The notes under the pieces were generated by a model. It saw only the letters and a list, made by a program, of their open reading frames with translations, had not been told where the DNA came from and searched no databases. Shown piece after piece: positions 23,972 through 37,900 of a stretch of DNA of 64,000 nt; the stretch's first letter is position 1; the number at the start of each line of letters is the position of its first letter. This stretch comes from Octopus bimaculoides. Its lineage: Eukaryota. The stretch covers positions 123,849,151-123,913,150 of the forward strand of contig NC_068983.1 of NCBI RefSeq assembly GCF_001194135.2. The letters run 5' to 3'. Both the position numbers and the translations under genes were made by a program.

Positions 23972-24269
23972 TGACAGATAAATGTAAAACATATTCTACG
24001 TGTAAATTTTAGACTTAGAAGTAACTCGAGATCTGTCCCTTGTATGGATGTTTAACCTGAATAATGTGATAAGGACAGAACAAAGTGTTTATCCTGCATA
24101 CTTTGATATAAGCTTCAAGAGTTCTTTGGCAAGTTTCTTAACTCACTAAACTGATTAAGATGTCAAAAAAAAAAAAAAAAACTTTTGAAAGTCTATATCT
24201 ACTGACAGTAGATATAGGAAAATAAATGTTTCATCTTGGTGTCAATAAGTGAAAGAATTAGCACAAACA

Positions 24270-24665
24270 AAATTTTCCATTATCATTTAGCATCTACTTT
24301 CCTTGCTTGCATGGGTCAAACAGAATTTGTTGAATCAGATTTCCTACAGCCAGATGTCCTTCTTGTCACCAACCCATACCTGTTTCCAGGCAAGGAAACA
24401 TTTCCCACAGCCAGACATGTTTTTCCATGGAAAGATGTAAATGAACAACATAACCTGTATGACCGATGCTCATTTGCAGCCATCACACTAAGTCAGGAAA
24501 AGGGTACACATAACACATATTTACGACAGGCTTTTTAAGTTTCAGTCAACTAAATCTACTCACAAGTCTGCTCACAGTCAAACTAAAAATGCTCACAAGT
24601 TGACCCAGGGCTATAGTAGAAAACATTTGTCCAAGTTGCCACACAGTGGGACTGAACCCAAGACT
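24270..24665 (-). mobile_element. tRNA-headed SINE with an RTE-like 3' tail
   Basis: Head reverse-complementary to 25065-25200; the 3' part resembles the LINE tail (CCTTGCTTGCATGGG..GATGTCCTTCTTGTCACCAACC); homologous to 40660-41040 and 61077-61482. Confidence 0.75.
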
Positions 24666-25064
24666 TAATTTCTATTCATTAAGCATTAGATGAGACCATT
24701 GTCATGATTAGCTGCCAGTTATTTATAAAACTACTACTAGGTTGTTAGTTTTGATTTATAAATTAGATCTTAACTCTTAGGAGACGACAGGGCCAATCTA
24801 TCAGCCAAAAAGTTAAATAACAAAGAAGATTGTATTAGTTCATTCAATTTCCTACAAGAATATATATAGTTTTATATATGTAAAGTAATTACCTTATTTT
24901 TTACAATATTTTTGAAAAATAAGTGCATGCTATCTGTAGGGCTTGTGAAAAGGATTCTGTCTTCTTGGCACTGAAACTCCAAATGAGGCTCTGTCTCCAA
25001 AGGGTCAAAAAGAGTTCGCCAAGTTATGGAACAAAGATATTTAGTTTGAGTGCAGGTGCAGCAG

Positions 25065-25206
25065 TGTGGTAGGAAGCTTGCTTCTCAACCACATAGTTCC
25101 GAGTTCATCCCCATTGCATGACACTTTGGACAAGTGTCTTCTACTATAGCCTCAGGCCAACCAAAGCCTTGTGAGTAGATTTGGAAGAGAAAAACTGAAA
25201 GAAACT

Positions 25207-25248
<42 letters not shown>

Positions 25249-25450
25249 CGTGTCCGTGTCCTCCTCCACCACTGCTTGACAACGGGTATTGATGTGTTAG
25301 CATCCCTGTAACTTAGTGGCTCAGCAAAAGAGATTGACAGAATAAGTACCAGGTTTTAAAAAAAAGATACAGGGTCGATTCATTTGACTGAAAATTCAAG
25401 GTAGTGCCCCAACATAGCCACAGTCTAATGATTATAACAAGTAAAAGAGT
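25065..25450 (+). mobile_element. tRNA-headed SINE with an internal (TA)n tract
   Basis: CAGTGTGGTAGGAAG (A box), TCCGAGTTCATCCC (B box), GTGTCTTCTACTATAGCCTCAGGC core, AATAAGTACCAGG..GGGTCGATTCATTTGACT tail. Confidence 0.8.
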
Positions 25451-26366
25451 TTTATAGTAGTATATCAAAAGTAAATATCGTAAACCATTTTAACTTGCAT
25501 AACTTTCCCTTCTACCAATATGTATTTCAGAAGTCTCATACCTTTCTCAAAACTTGTATGCTAAGGTCTGCTTCTTTGTCAACATCAACAACTAAATGTA
25601 CCAAGTTCAATCATCACCATTATTAACTTTGAGAAACCTATAGCTAATCATTAGAGATGTTACATGGCTACATACTATAGAGTACTATCCAATATTGATT
25701 ACATCCTGTGTATTTCTCCAATGAAGAAACACTAATTTTATTTATATATATATATTTTACTAGCTTCAGCCAGTGGGCTGTTGCCATGCTGGATCACTAC
25801 CACTTTATGTATATAAGGTTGTGAAGAATCATTATTTCTATCTGTCAATGTTTTCTATTTCAATATGTTTTCTTTCAACGTTTGATGATGTTATACACAC
25901 AAGTGCAGGCATCCCAGATTGGTCAGATCGGTCAGATCGGTGCAGTTAATATTCAGCTGAAAAGTATGTCCATTGGTCTCTGGTGAGAAAACAGAAGTGA
26001 AGTGTGATATCCAGTATTTTTATTTATGAATTGCTTTATGGACACACGTTTTATACAGACCTAGTAAGAGGTTGTGTGGAGCTAACTAGTTCAGAGGAAA
26101 TTATAGTGGTGAAAGAATATAGAGAAGAAACAAAGTATGTAGATCTGAGATTATGTTGGTGGGTAACTCTTTGCCAATAAGTTGAATAAATTTCTTTTAT
26201 GCCTCTGTACAGCAACAGGTGTAACACTGTCCCATATGTGTAGTATTCCAATGTAGTTCACAACTGAGCATTCTCGCTAGCCATTAGGACTGGAATATTT
26301 CTTGACTCCAAAGTACAATTTTAACCTTTGTAATGCCATTTTTGCATCATTTCATACATTGTCATC

Positions 26367-26565
26367 ATCATCTAATATTCACTTTCTATGCTGGCATGTG
26401 TTGGACATTTTGATAGAAAACTGGCAAGCTGCAGTACCATGCCAACCTACAATGTCATCTTTGGCATGGTTTCTATGGCTGGATGCCCTTCCTAGCACCA
26501 ACTACTTAATAGAATGTACTGGGTGCATTTTTGGGGCCACCAGCACTAGCAATGTTGCTATGTAA
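26367..26565 (-). mobile_element. RTE-type LINE 3' tail copy
   Basis: CATCATCATC..TTCTATGCTGGCATG..TGGCATGGTTTCTATGGCTGGATGCCCTTCCTAGCACCAACTAC, same family as 14887 and 40020. Confidence 0.75.
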
Positions 26566-27069
26566 CTTGCAAGACAAAGCTCCCACTAAGAAGAGGAAGT
26601 ATTTGAGAGGAGAAGGTAGAGGTGGGTAGCTTTATGCCAAATGTTGAAAGACAAAGTATAACAGAGAGACAATCACAGGTATCTTGCTATAGAGATATGT
26701 GGCTGAAGGAGATAAAGGATGGTAGTGATGGGGTGCAAGATCAAACTATCAAGGAACAAGAAGGCAAGCATAAGTGAAGATATGGACAGTGGGTCATGGG
26801 AGTGAGTGAAAAAATGTGTGGATGCTTTCATAGCAGTGTGAAGGGGGAGTAAACAGGTAGAGGTTAATGTAATGAGTGCTAAATAAGGGTGGGGGTACAG
26901 ATGATGGGGAATACCAATATGTAGAGGGTAATATAGGACATATAGTTTGGCTTCATGCTCAAAAGAGCTATAATGGATGCAATTTTCCTACTGAGGCAAC
27001 TGTAAGAGAAATAGACTGAAGAGTAAGCCACTATTCTTCGCATTCATTAACTTGGAAAAGACATTTTAC

Positions 27070-27480
27070 AGGGTATGGCATTCAATAATTTCACAATCTC
27101 TAAGGAAACAAAGAGTAGACAAATGACATGTAAGGGCTATACAAACTATGTGCAGTAAGTAAATCAAGAGTCAACAATTCCAGTGAAGGTAGGAGCACAT
27201 CAAGGCTCAGTCCTGTCCTTTTCTATTCACCATAGTCCTATAGGTCATCATAGAGGTACTTAAGACTAGCTGTCCATGGAAACTCTTATATGCTGGTGAC
27301 TTAGTTCTCATAGCTAAATTTATAGTGAAATTAGAGAGGAAATTCCAAGCATGGAAGCTAAACCTAGAAATGAGAGGCTTCGAGGTAAATTTGGCAAAGA
27401 CTAATGTTTTAGTAAGTAAGAAAGAAGAGAGGACCAAGCATCATGAGGAGAATGGCTTTGTTTGATGTGCAGAAAAGAAG
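27070..27480 (+). mobile_element. RTE LINE RT core remnant
   Basis: Degenerate GAHQGSVLSFLFTIVL*VIIEVLKTSCPWKLLYAGDLVLIA (QG-LSP and YADD motifs); resumes after the mariner at ~27845. Confidence 0.8.
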
Positions 27481-27844
27481 TATGACGATTGGCTGAAAAG
27501 TTCATAAGGCGACCAAGATGCTCTCATGGAATGTGACCGAATGAGGTTTATTTTTCAACACGGTCCCCCTTGTGGTCCACATACTTTTTCCATTGGTGTT
27601 ACAGTGCTTAGATCTCATTGGTGAAGAAGTGGTCATCCTGTTGGTTAAAACAGTCATCAACAGTAGATATGACATCATCTTCACTCAGATACTGGTACCC
27701 AGCCAAGTGTTTCTTCATGTTGGGGAACATGTGATAGTCAGATGGAACCAAATCAGGAGAATAGGGAGGGAAATCAACCAGTTCAAAGCCACAGTCATGC
27801 ACAGCAGCCATTGAAACCGAAGACTTCTCCAGATGAAACAGCAA
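27481..27844 (-). mobile_element. Mariner transposase 3' fragment with one terminal inverted repeat
   Basis: GFELVDFPPYSPDLVPSDYHMFPNMKKHLAG..EDDVISTVDDCFNQQDDHFFTNEI (YSPDLAPSD motif); TA-TGACGATTGGCTGAAAAGTTCATA TIR-like end at 27481-27506. Confidence 0.92.
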
Positions 27845-30800
27845 AAAAATCTATACATAAGGGATAAGAGATTTGATGTAAGGTTTGTGTTAATAAGTGG
27901 TGCATAGAGCCTAGAAATCTATGGATATGAGGAGGAATAAAAATTGTCTGGCAGATTTTGCTTTATTTCTTAGCACCAATGTAGTGAGTATAACAAGAAA
28001 GTTGATTATGCTTTGAGGAAGTGTTGAGTAACAAAGGTACTGGTTGATAAATTAAAGATTACGGAGTTATTTGTGCATGGTTTAAGTAGAGCAAGCAGTG
28101 GACAAATATATGACTTGAATATCTTTGTCCTCAAATAGAATAACAACTGCAGACCAATCCAACATAAAAGGACATTAAATAATTATGATGGTGATGATAT
28201 ATGTCTTTATATATCAAACAATTTTGGTGAAAAGTGATACATGTTTTCATGAAATTGAAGGACTGTTTGATTAGCTTCAGATTCTGTTGAGTTAAACAAA
28301 TGACAGATGAGTCTTTACTTCATTTAAGATATCAGTTAACTGAAAGGAACATTCTAAGGAAGTGCTCATACTAAATGGTTAGATCGTACCTGACATTTGC
28401 TGGATACAGTTGAAATATGGAAAGATGCAGATTTGTTCAGGACATTAAAATGACAATCAGGTGATAAAACTCTTTCAATAAAGTCACTAAATTATATCTT
28501 CATTAAAAATGAAGCTTCCTTTTCTAAATTGTTAACCAGTAAAACTAGATTAGTTAATTATTGTTTCTCACTGATATTATACAGATAAAATCAAAATGTT
28601 TGAAATAACTAAGAATTTGCAAATACACTGAGTCATCATAAACCAAAATAAGAGAGTTGTCAAAATCAAAGAGGGAGACTACTAGATATAACAACAAAAT
28701 TTCCCTCAAAGTATACAGTACTGTCTTACAAAAAGGATATATTAACTGATGTAGTCTTAAATACCTTATGCCTTAAGGGAAGATAAGATAGTCAAGGTTG
28801 GAATAATTTTGATCATAGAAACTGTTCAGTTGAAACTATACAACTTTAATCAATTAATTAATTAAGTAAGTAGGCTATAAAGAAAAATCTATCGAATCTA
28901 AAATTAGAGACAAAAAAAACTAAAAACAATCCTAAAATGGATTTTTTAAATATTTGTTTTTGGTCCTGTAGACTGACATTTTACAAAAACATTATAGCAG
29001 AAAATTAAAGGGAAGTAAAATTACATTCTTTGTGGAATATAAGAGCTTCTTGTTTAAACATTTAGAAATAAATAAAAATCTTAAACTTAACAGGAAAAAC
29101 AAAACAGTAAAAACATCTCAAGTTAATGAATGATCAAATTATATAAGGTCATGAGAATACAGCGTAAACATCACTGCAATTTGGTTGTTTCTTTTTATAA
29201 CTTGAGCTATTGATGGAGAGTAGAAGGTATAGAAATATATGTGTGTGTATGCATGTGTAATAATACACAGAATGCAAATGTGTTAGAATTTAATTCAAAC
29301 TCTTACATCAAGCTTCATTAAAATAGTCTGAAGAGATGCATGTTTTAAAAATATGAAGTCAAACATATTTGTGCATTATTTTTATTATTTATTCTAATTA
29401 TTTTCCTGCATATTTTAAACCAGTTTTTTTTTTTAATACTTAATATTCCAGAAACAACGTCATATTAAAAGAATTTCATAATTAATAATAAAAATGTCCT
29501 CAGAGTGTATACAGAGATATTCATGGAAATAATAATTATTATTCAAAAAAAAAATTATTTATTTACAAACAGTAATGATTTTATTTTTTTTTTTTTTTTC
29601 AATAAATATCAATCTATTTTAATGTTCATGTTTTGATGTTGTTAAATGAATTAAACAACTAATATTTTATACAGAGATCCATTAACATGATGAGAAGAGT
29701 AATACAGATCCCAACCACACTAATAAAAAAGAAAAAAAAATTATCATTGACATGAATAAAACATATACTTGTATATATAAAATAAATCGTTTCTGAAAAT
29801 AAGCTTTCAATGAACTGGTTCAAAGAAAATAGAATAAGACTTTGATAAGAGGATCGAGTAACTTGACCAATGCCAAATTATGAGGAGACTAAATGAAGTA
29901 GTGAAAATAAATTATTACACAATCCAACAGTGACAATTTTGGTTTCTTCCCCTTCTTTGTACAGTAGTATTATTGTTATTATAAAATTCAGTATTATATG
30001 CATATTTATAAAGTATTCCTTAAAAGGATTAAAAGGTACAAATGCATGTCCTGGATGTAAGAATTTAATATAATACACACATTTATCTTGAAAATGCTTT
30101 TATACTTTTCACAATTTTCTGTTTCAGCAGTTGCAGATAGTTAAAATTCATTTATCAATTGTTTTATTCGAAAATTTTGAATTATTTGACTATTTGAAAT
30201 TCAATATAAATAGATTTCACCTCATCTGTGTATCTGTCACTACAGTTATGACTTAATTAACTACAAAATATTGTATTAAGTAATAATCTCATGCCCAAAA
30301 TTTCTTAAATGTTATATTTTTACATTAGTTTCTCTCTAAACTTATCAAACAACATTGTTACATATTGTATTTTTACCATAAAGGTTTTAAAAAGAAGACA
30401 ACCGTTGCATTCTTTTGAAATACATCACTGAATTCTATTTTCTCACATACACGCAAGAAAAAAAAGCCTGTAAAAATTCCACTTGGTAGAATAACATTTA
30501 TTTATCATTAGAATAATAAAAATAACTTAACATCCTTACCCAACCCTATACGATAGAGAAATAACAAAAACATTTACATAAAATGGCAATTTATTTGAAA
30601 GAATGAAATTTTAAAATGTTAATTAATTAATTGTATATGAGAGTTCAAGCATATACATATGCAGACATATGCACACAACTTTTTCTGTCAATCAATGAAT
30701 CACAGCACATTTTTGTTTTAAATATCTGGATGGTTAATTAGGAGGTAAGGTAAGGTAAGCTACTGATGTTTGTTAAGCTTGATCATAAACAATATATAAA

Positions 30801-33453
30801 AATGTTTACATCTATTTTTCAGGTAAGCAATAAATTGTTAAGAAAGAGAAACAATAAATTAAAAATTTTCGAGAGATATAATGCGATACAAAAACAATCA
30901 CTGATTGCACTTTTTTTTAGCTTCTTTCTTTGAAGTCATTCAAAACTTTCTATTATTCAATCATTTTAAAATAATATTTTAAATGTATTTTCTAATATTT
31001 CAACCCTATCTATTTATATCTATCCTCTATCAAAATATGAATTTTATTAATTCTAAGTTTAGGGAAAATGCTTTTATATAACAAATATGTTTACATTTGT
31101 AAATAAACAAGTACTGACTTTGAGGTAATCAAAATAACTATTTTCAGTAATTCAGCTGTATACTATTCATTAAAAACAAAACAAAACAAAAAAAAAGAAG
31201 CAAAAACGCCATAAAAAAATCATCTAAAATATGAGTAGATATAGAACATCTTAATTATTACTGCAAATTTTCAACAATATTCATTACACTGCAAAAATCT
31301 GAACTAAGAGAAAATTCATTCACTCATTCTGTTTTTAACTTCAAATTTCCATTTTATGGGATTTATAAACAAACTACAAAATGATTTCATACTAACCAAT
31401 AAGAGACAGAAGGAGTTGCAAAATAATTTTAATACCTTCAAGTGTAAAAATTGCCAACAACTAAATTTCTTTAATCAACAAATACTTCATACTTATAGGA
31501 GAGAAAAAACAAAAAAATAACTTCTTTCCCAAATTTTTCTCAGAATTATCAACAACATAAAAGGAAATGAAATTGTTACCTCTGGGAGTAAAAATAAAGT
31601 AGAATAGACTAGCCAGGAGCTTACATCTACATTACAGTACTTAACGTGTGTATGGCTATAAACATAAGAACTGATACTTTATTTAAATTATGTGTTAATA
31701 ATGATGGCAATAAATAAAACTCAGTTTATAAATCATTTATAACCTAATTGCTGTAAAACTGACACTAACACAGACATTTCAACAAATATTCAGAAGTGAT
31801 TTTGAAACAAAGTAAATATAAGAAATTATTGACATGATTTTGAGACACTATTTCTAATTCAAAGAACAGTACAAACAACTAATTATTAAAAAAAAAACTG
31901 GGTGACAGCTAGTAATGCTTCTATTGAATACCTAACATTAGCAAACAAACTTTTAGTTAATACTATTTATAAATTCTGAAAAAGATATGATGCTGAAATA
32001 TAAGCTTATACATATATACTTATGCAAATTGAAATATAAACAATGGACAAAAACTAAATTTTCTTAGTCTTTATCACTAAAAATTTATTAACAATAGTTA
32101 GTTTTCAACTAGAAAGTTGACATCACATTTGTCAGAAATCATTTAGAAATACAACTGTCAAAAGAGATTGATTCAATGTATATTTCTAGGAGAGAAAAGT
32201 ATGAAAGACTAAAAAGAAGAAAAAAAGTATTAAAAGTCAACAATAAAAAAAATCTTAATCAAAATATATATCAAAGCTTTCAATGATAATTTTTCTGTTC
32301 AAATTATCACCATTTGTAACATTTCCTAATTTAATTTTTCAAAAGTAATTCTATCTTCAAGATTTTTATTACATTAATTTATTTTAAATGAAGATAATTT
32401 TTTTCACATGATTATGAAGGGAAATTATATAATGATATGATTATAAAAATTTTATTTTAATTAATATGCTTTTAAAAAAGAAAAAGAAAGATGTAGGTGA
32501 AAAAAAAACTGTATTAATGGGCCAAGGAAAGGAATGAGTAAAAGTGTGATAAAGATGTAAGCAAAAATGGAGACAAAACTAAATTCATAATAGAGCAATT
32601 GGTGTTATATTTTGATATTTTTACCTTTATTTCTGCACAGCAGAAAAATGCAATAAACAAATGTATTTTTTGCAACAATACTCCACAAAGTAGTTATTTA
32701 CAGTTCAGAAATACACTTGATGAGGTCATATTTAAAAGTCACCTCTGCTTAACTGCAACCTCACTCCTCTTGTATCTGTCTTTAAGACTGTATGTGTGCA
32801 TTATATGTGTGTGTGTACATACACTCATGTATGTATATACGTGTGTTCATAAAACCCCACAAAAGAAGATCTACAAAATCTTTGAAAAAGATAAAATACA
32901 AAAATAATGATAATGTGCAAACAAAGATACCAATAATGAAATAAATTGTCCTAAGAATACAAAACACTCAAAAACAAAATGGAATTAATTTCAAAATAAG
33001 CATTGAAAATGTTGAAAAATTTGTTACAATTGGCAGTAACTGAGTCTATCAAATACTTAATCGATGAGTGTAAAATGCTAGGCTTAATTTGTTTAATTTA
33101 AAGACAAAATTCTAATTTAAAAAGAATAAATAAAATGTTCTTATAAAAAAAAAGAAAATGAAATGCTAGAATCAGGTCTTCATTCCATTTGAAAATTACC
33201 AAGAGTGTGCTGTAAATAATCTTGTACAGTCTTAACTTTAAAAATGGTTATGAGTCAAGAATTAAGTATCAAAATGTATAGCAACACCATCAAAGATACA
33301 AAATATTTCAAAAATTGCAAAGTTGCTACTTCTTTAGGTCATGATTTTCTAATAGCTCATAAACTTGGCAGAATTATTAGTTTCTTATCATTGATAAAGA
33401 AAAGTTTTTAAAAAAATACTATTTCCCAACACCCATAAAGTATTTTTGAAATA

Positions 33454-33456
<3 letters not shown>

Positions 33457-33513
<57 letters not shown>
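33457..33513. repeat. (TA)n microsatellite; others at ~25211-25244 and ~42868-42900
   Basis: Direct reading. Confidence 0.95.
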
Positions 33514-33517
<4 letters not shown>

Positions 33518-34103
33518 TTACAATGATATTAATGAAGAGCATGTCAAAAGTCAGAGATAAAAAAAAAAATGCAAGTTTTACATTATAACATAATTATAGG
33601 TGCACTGTATTTAGTAGGGAGTATTAACAATGAAAATTATTAATAAAGATGATATCAAGATATAGCAACTAAAGTAGTCGCTAATGGAAAGAATGATATG
33701 TGCTCCAGTATGACCACAGTCAAGGGACTGAAACCAGTACAAGAATGTGCAATTTCTAATATAGTTATTCAGAAATAGTGGTAGCAAGCTGACTAATATA
33801 AATTACAGTTTATATTAAAATAATTACCATACAATATTTTCTTTTTTAAAAATTAGTTTTCAATTAATTAATTTACAGCAGCCAACCATGCAGCCACAAT
33901 TCATGAATGTAAGTTAGTAATTGAGACCTTTAAAATATGTTATTCAACTTTTCCATTCTCTTGTTTCTTTCCCCACCTAGAGCAATGCCCAGTAGTAGCA
34001 TTAGTGTAAAACTTAAGACTGAAAATAAATTCAATCATCATAGGAATACAAGTATAAAAAGACATGACTTTCCTTGCAACTTTAAAGCCTTTTTTTTTTT
34101 TGG

Positions 34104-34650
34104 TTTTTTTTTTTTTGTTTTGCCCTCACCCCCACCCCTTCAAATAATAAAACAAAAGTATATATTAGAATTGTACAGAGCTAGTATATTTACACATGTT
34201 TTTATATCCCTATTCTATGACTGTGCAATACAAAATTCCCTTGCTCAAAATACTACATAAACCTTGCAAAATAAACTTCAGCAGTCACTAAATTTATAGC
34301 AAATTAACTAATTTATTCTCCTATTTAAATTACAGTAACTTAAGGTTTAAAAAAAAAATCAAATAAAGGTTTNNNNNNNNNNTTTTTTTTTTTTGTTTTG
34401 CCCTCACCCCCACCCCTTCAAATAATAAAACAAAAGTATATATTAGAATTGTACAGAGCTAGTATATTTACACATGTTTTTATATCCCTATTCTATGACT
34501 GTGCAATACAAAATTCCCTTGCTCAAAATACTACATAAACCTTGCAAAATAAACTTCAGCAGTCACTAAATTTATAGCAAATTAACTAATTTATTCTCCT
34601 ATTTAAATTACAGTAACTTAAGGTTTAAAAAAAAAATCAAATAAAGGTTT
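34104..34650. repeat. Direct duplication of ~269 bp (34104-34372 = 34382-34650) across a 9-N gap
   Basis: The two copies read identical at offset 278 and flank N34373-34381. Confidence 0.95.
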
Positions 34651-34774
34651 TAGATCATGCTATGTTGAGTTTCAGAACTTGTAACAAATTGTTCACTACT
34701 GGCAGAGAGATAGCATAATCCAAGAATTACATATTTACACAAAAGTGTAAAATATAATTTGCTATCAGTAAATT

Positions 34775-34867
34775 CTAGTTCATCCATTTTCTGCAGTTTG
34801 GAGCCCCACACAAGCAAGGAATTTTGTGCTGATCATCTTCGAAGTCAAATTTGTAATCATAGGTTAG
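34775..34867 (-). CDS. KMT2C: KMT2C/D last exon: end of SET and post-SET ([30 protein letters not shown])
   Basis: TTGTTGCAG acceptor, 93 nt, TAG stop. Confidence 0.98.
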   Translation of the reverse strand, partial: LTYDYKFDFEDDQHKIPCLCGAPNCRKWMN

Positions 34868-34906
34868 CTGCAACAAAAGTAATATTGATTTTATAAACAT
34901 ATATAA

Positions 34907-34943
<37 letters not shown>

Positions 34944-37900
34944 TTATATAGCAAAAACTGCATAGAAACACAAGAAAAAAGTACTCAAAACTAAGCGCAG
35001 AGGAATATAAAATCTAATAGAAATTGAAACTTCACCAAACTAAAAAGTGCAACTCAAGAATAGACTCAGCTTCTATTAAATTTTGTGTGTACATGCACAT
35101 GCATATGTACAGATGCTTGAAAATTTCACCCATTAACAAAATTAACTGAGTAAAAAAAAAAAAAGCATGAAATTTTCAGAGAGTTTATGAATTTATAAAA
35201 TGTGTGCCTTTCCATAACAAGTATACTAGAAGGGATTTAATATAGCTACACTCATAATATGAAAGAGAGACATTATCATGATGATGATGATGATTATCTG
35301 GTCAGATATTAATTGTTTCTTTCACACATGTAGAGACTGTGGATTGGTGATTTTCAACAAGACTAGGTTGACATGTTCTCAATGGGGAATTATTCATGGA
35401 AGTAGTGCAAATCTGGCATAAAATACTTCAATTGAATGTAAATGTGCATAAGGCAGTTAAGGAGGAATGAAGGTTGGTACAGTTTGTGTAGGAGTGTGCA
35501 TGATTAGTGGGTGGTAGTGAGTAAGTCAGGAACGTAGAATGAAGAGTGTGGGGAAACAAAACTGAACCTAGTGATATGCTAGAATTGATAAAATGCAGGT
35601 CAGTAAAAACCCCAATTGCACTGGTTTGATATGAAATTTCCAATCCTAGAGATTAAAAAGAAACAGAGTCTATTCAGAGGTAACTTAGTCAAGAAGTTCT
35701 CATATCAGATACTTCAAAAATTTGCTGATCTCAAGAGCAACAGGCTATTGCTATGTTAGGAGTGCAAGTGTCTGGTAAATCTGATACTATGGAAATTGTA
35801 CAGGTGGTTACTGAGCTAAAAGAGAGATTCAAAGGGATAAAGGATATGGATGTTTATCAATTATTTTGATCGTTTTTGTGATATCTGAAGTGAAGGAGAA
35901 AGATTGTCCATCTTGGGAGCAGATACAGTACTGCATATCTCTATAGGTTGTGGTAGTTCTTTTTTAGAGAGAGAATTAGATATAAGATTTCAGGGAAGAA
36001 AAAGGGAATTCTGGACAGGATGGTTAAGGGTAATGTAAGGAACTCTATCAGAACAGGTGCCCTGAGAAAGTTTTGATGACAAAATAGGAGTTGAGAAGAA
36101 AAAATTAAAAAGTTGTTGTGTATGCATAGTAGGGAGTTGGAAGCAAACCAAGTATAAAAAGAAGTGGTTTTTATCAGCAAGAGTGTAATCTACAAAACTA
36201 TCTTGGTTAGAGAGTGGTGGATAAGAGGTTTTGCGAAGTGAACCAGAATACCTAGCAGCAATTTCAGAGGTAAGTAAGTTTCAAAATTGTGAAGTGTACA
36301 AAGAAATAGCTAGAAATTTTCTGATTTTGGTTTGTTATTATTTTTAATATTAATGAGAACATTAGTTTACTAACCTCTTCGCCTCGCACGATTTTCCTGC
36401 TTGTAATGATAATAATTTTACTTTCTTTTTCAAAGGGCACAACTTCAGCTACACAGTTGGGATTGCATGAATGGTTGATGTAACGAGCTAAGCCTCCAAC
36501 CATTGTGGCATCTATAACTGTGTCTGTATCACTGCGGAACATGTAGACACCACGATTCTGAAAAACAGCATAAATGGATACATATTCAAGAACCTGAAAT
36601 ACAATCCCTAGTTCTTTTTTTCTGTTTTCCTCTGCTTCATCAGTAAGATTATATCAGTAGATCTTTTTTAAACCATATGAAAAGCTTTTAAAATCCTCAT
36701 TTACTTGTGTGAGACAAGTACATTGTGACAAAATATTCTACAGCTGGATGCCCTTATGACACCCACCGCCTATTTCCAAGCAAGGTAATAATCTCCTAGG
36801 GTATCAAACAACAAACAGCCTAGACGTAGTCACACAGCAAACAGGAAATGACATATGAATGAGCCTTTTGTTTACAAAGGTCATGCAACACATTAAGATA
36901 CTTGATCATTTTTTTGCAGTAGATTACAAGCAAATGGTACTGTCCACATAAAGAGCAAAACTATTGTTTACAACCAGTAAACACACAGGAAGAAAAAAGA
37001 ACTATGAACTCCAGTCAAATTTCTTTTCTATGCTTCAAATTTAATTTGCAGCTTCAGACTGTTTCTTAAAATCATTTTCATTACATAATCCATTAGTTTG
37101 ATCCATTAGAATGGATGTCTTATATTATTAGCCTTACTTTCATAGCAGCTTATAATGGAGATACTAGTAAGTCATAAAAGATAATCATTAGCTAAATATT
37201 GATAACTGATTTTCAACATCTCAATAACATTCTCCTTACCTGTAGAGAGCAATCTAAAATTATTCATATCTAATTTCTAAAACTAATTTTTCAGTTAATT
37301 AAACGGATTAAGATTATTCTCTTTCCCACTTCCAAGCACACAGTTTAAGATACAAGTAAAAAAAATGTCAAAAAAAAAGAAACAATTTTTTATAATTACA
37401 ACTATATTTATCAAAATATTTAAAAATTTTAAACTGTTATTCTCAAACATGAGATACAAATAACCAAAGAACGAAAGGTAATTAAAGTTAGATGAATTTG
37501 AATTAATACCTGAGCTTCATATACTATTTCTCTTTTGTTGGCAACTTCATTTCGTATCAAGTCTCCAATGTATTCAATCACCATTGTATGTTTGTCCAAA
37601 TCTCGTGCAGAAAAAAGACCAAGGCCCTATAATAACAAAAAATTACAAAGATTATAAAACTTTTAACTAGTAAAATGGGAAAAAAAAAAAATTCTAATTT
37701 TAAGTAAATCAAATAACATACTTGTATCCTGGAACGAGCCAAATAGACATTATTCCTCCATTCTGTTTTCAATCTTCTATATTGTTGAGATTTGGAATGA
37801 ACAAATTGCTTCATGTAAGGGGAATTAACATCACCACTGACACCTGTCACTGTGGTAGGCAGAGAACGGGAAGTGATACTTGTTTGCAATGTATGAGGTC

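Larger units (their letters stand above)
28860..34774 (-). other. KMT2C: Probable long 3' UTR of the KMT2C/D gene (extent uncertain)
   Basis: Follows the stop codon; extremely AT-rich with no SINE/LINE copies recognised, unlike flanking DNA; several AATAAA on the minus strand. Confidence 0.4.
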
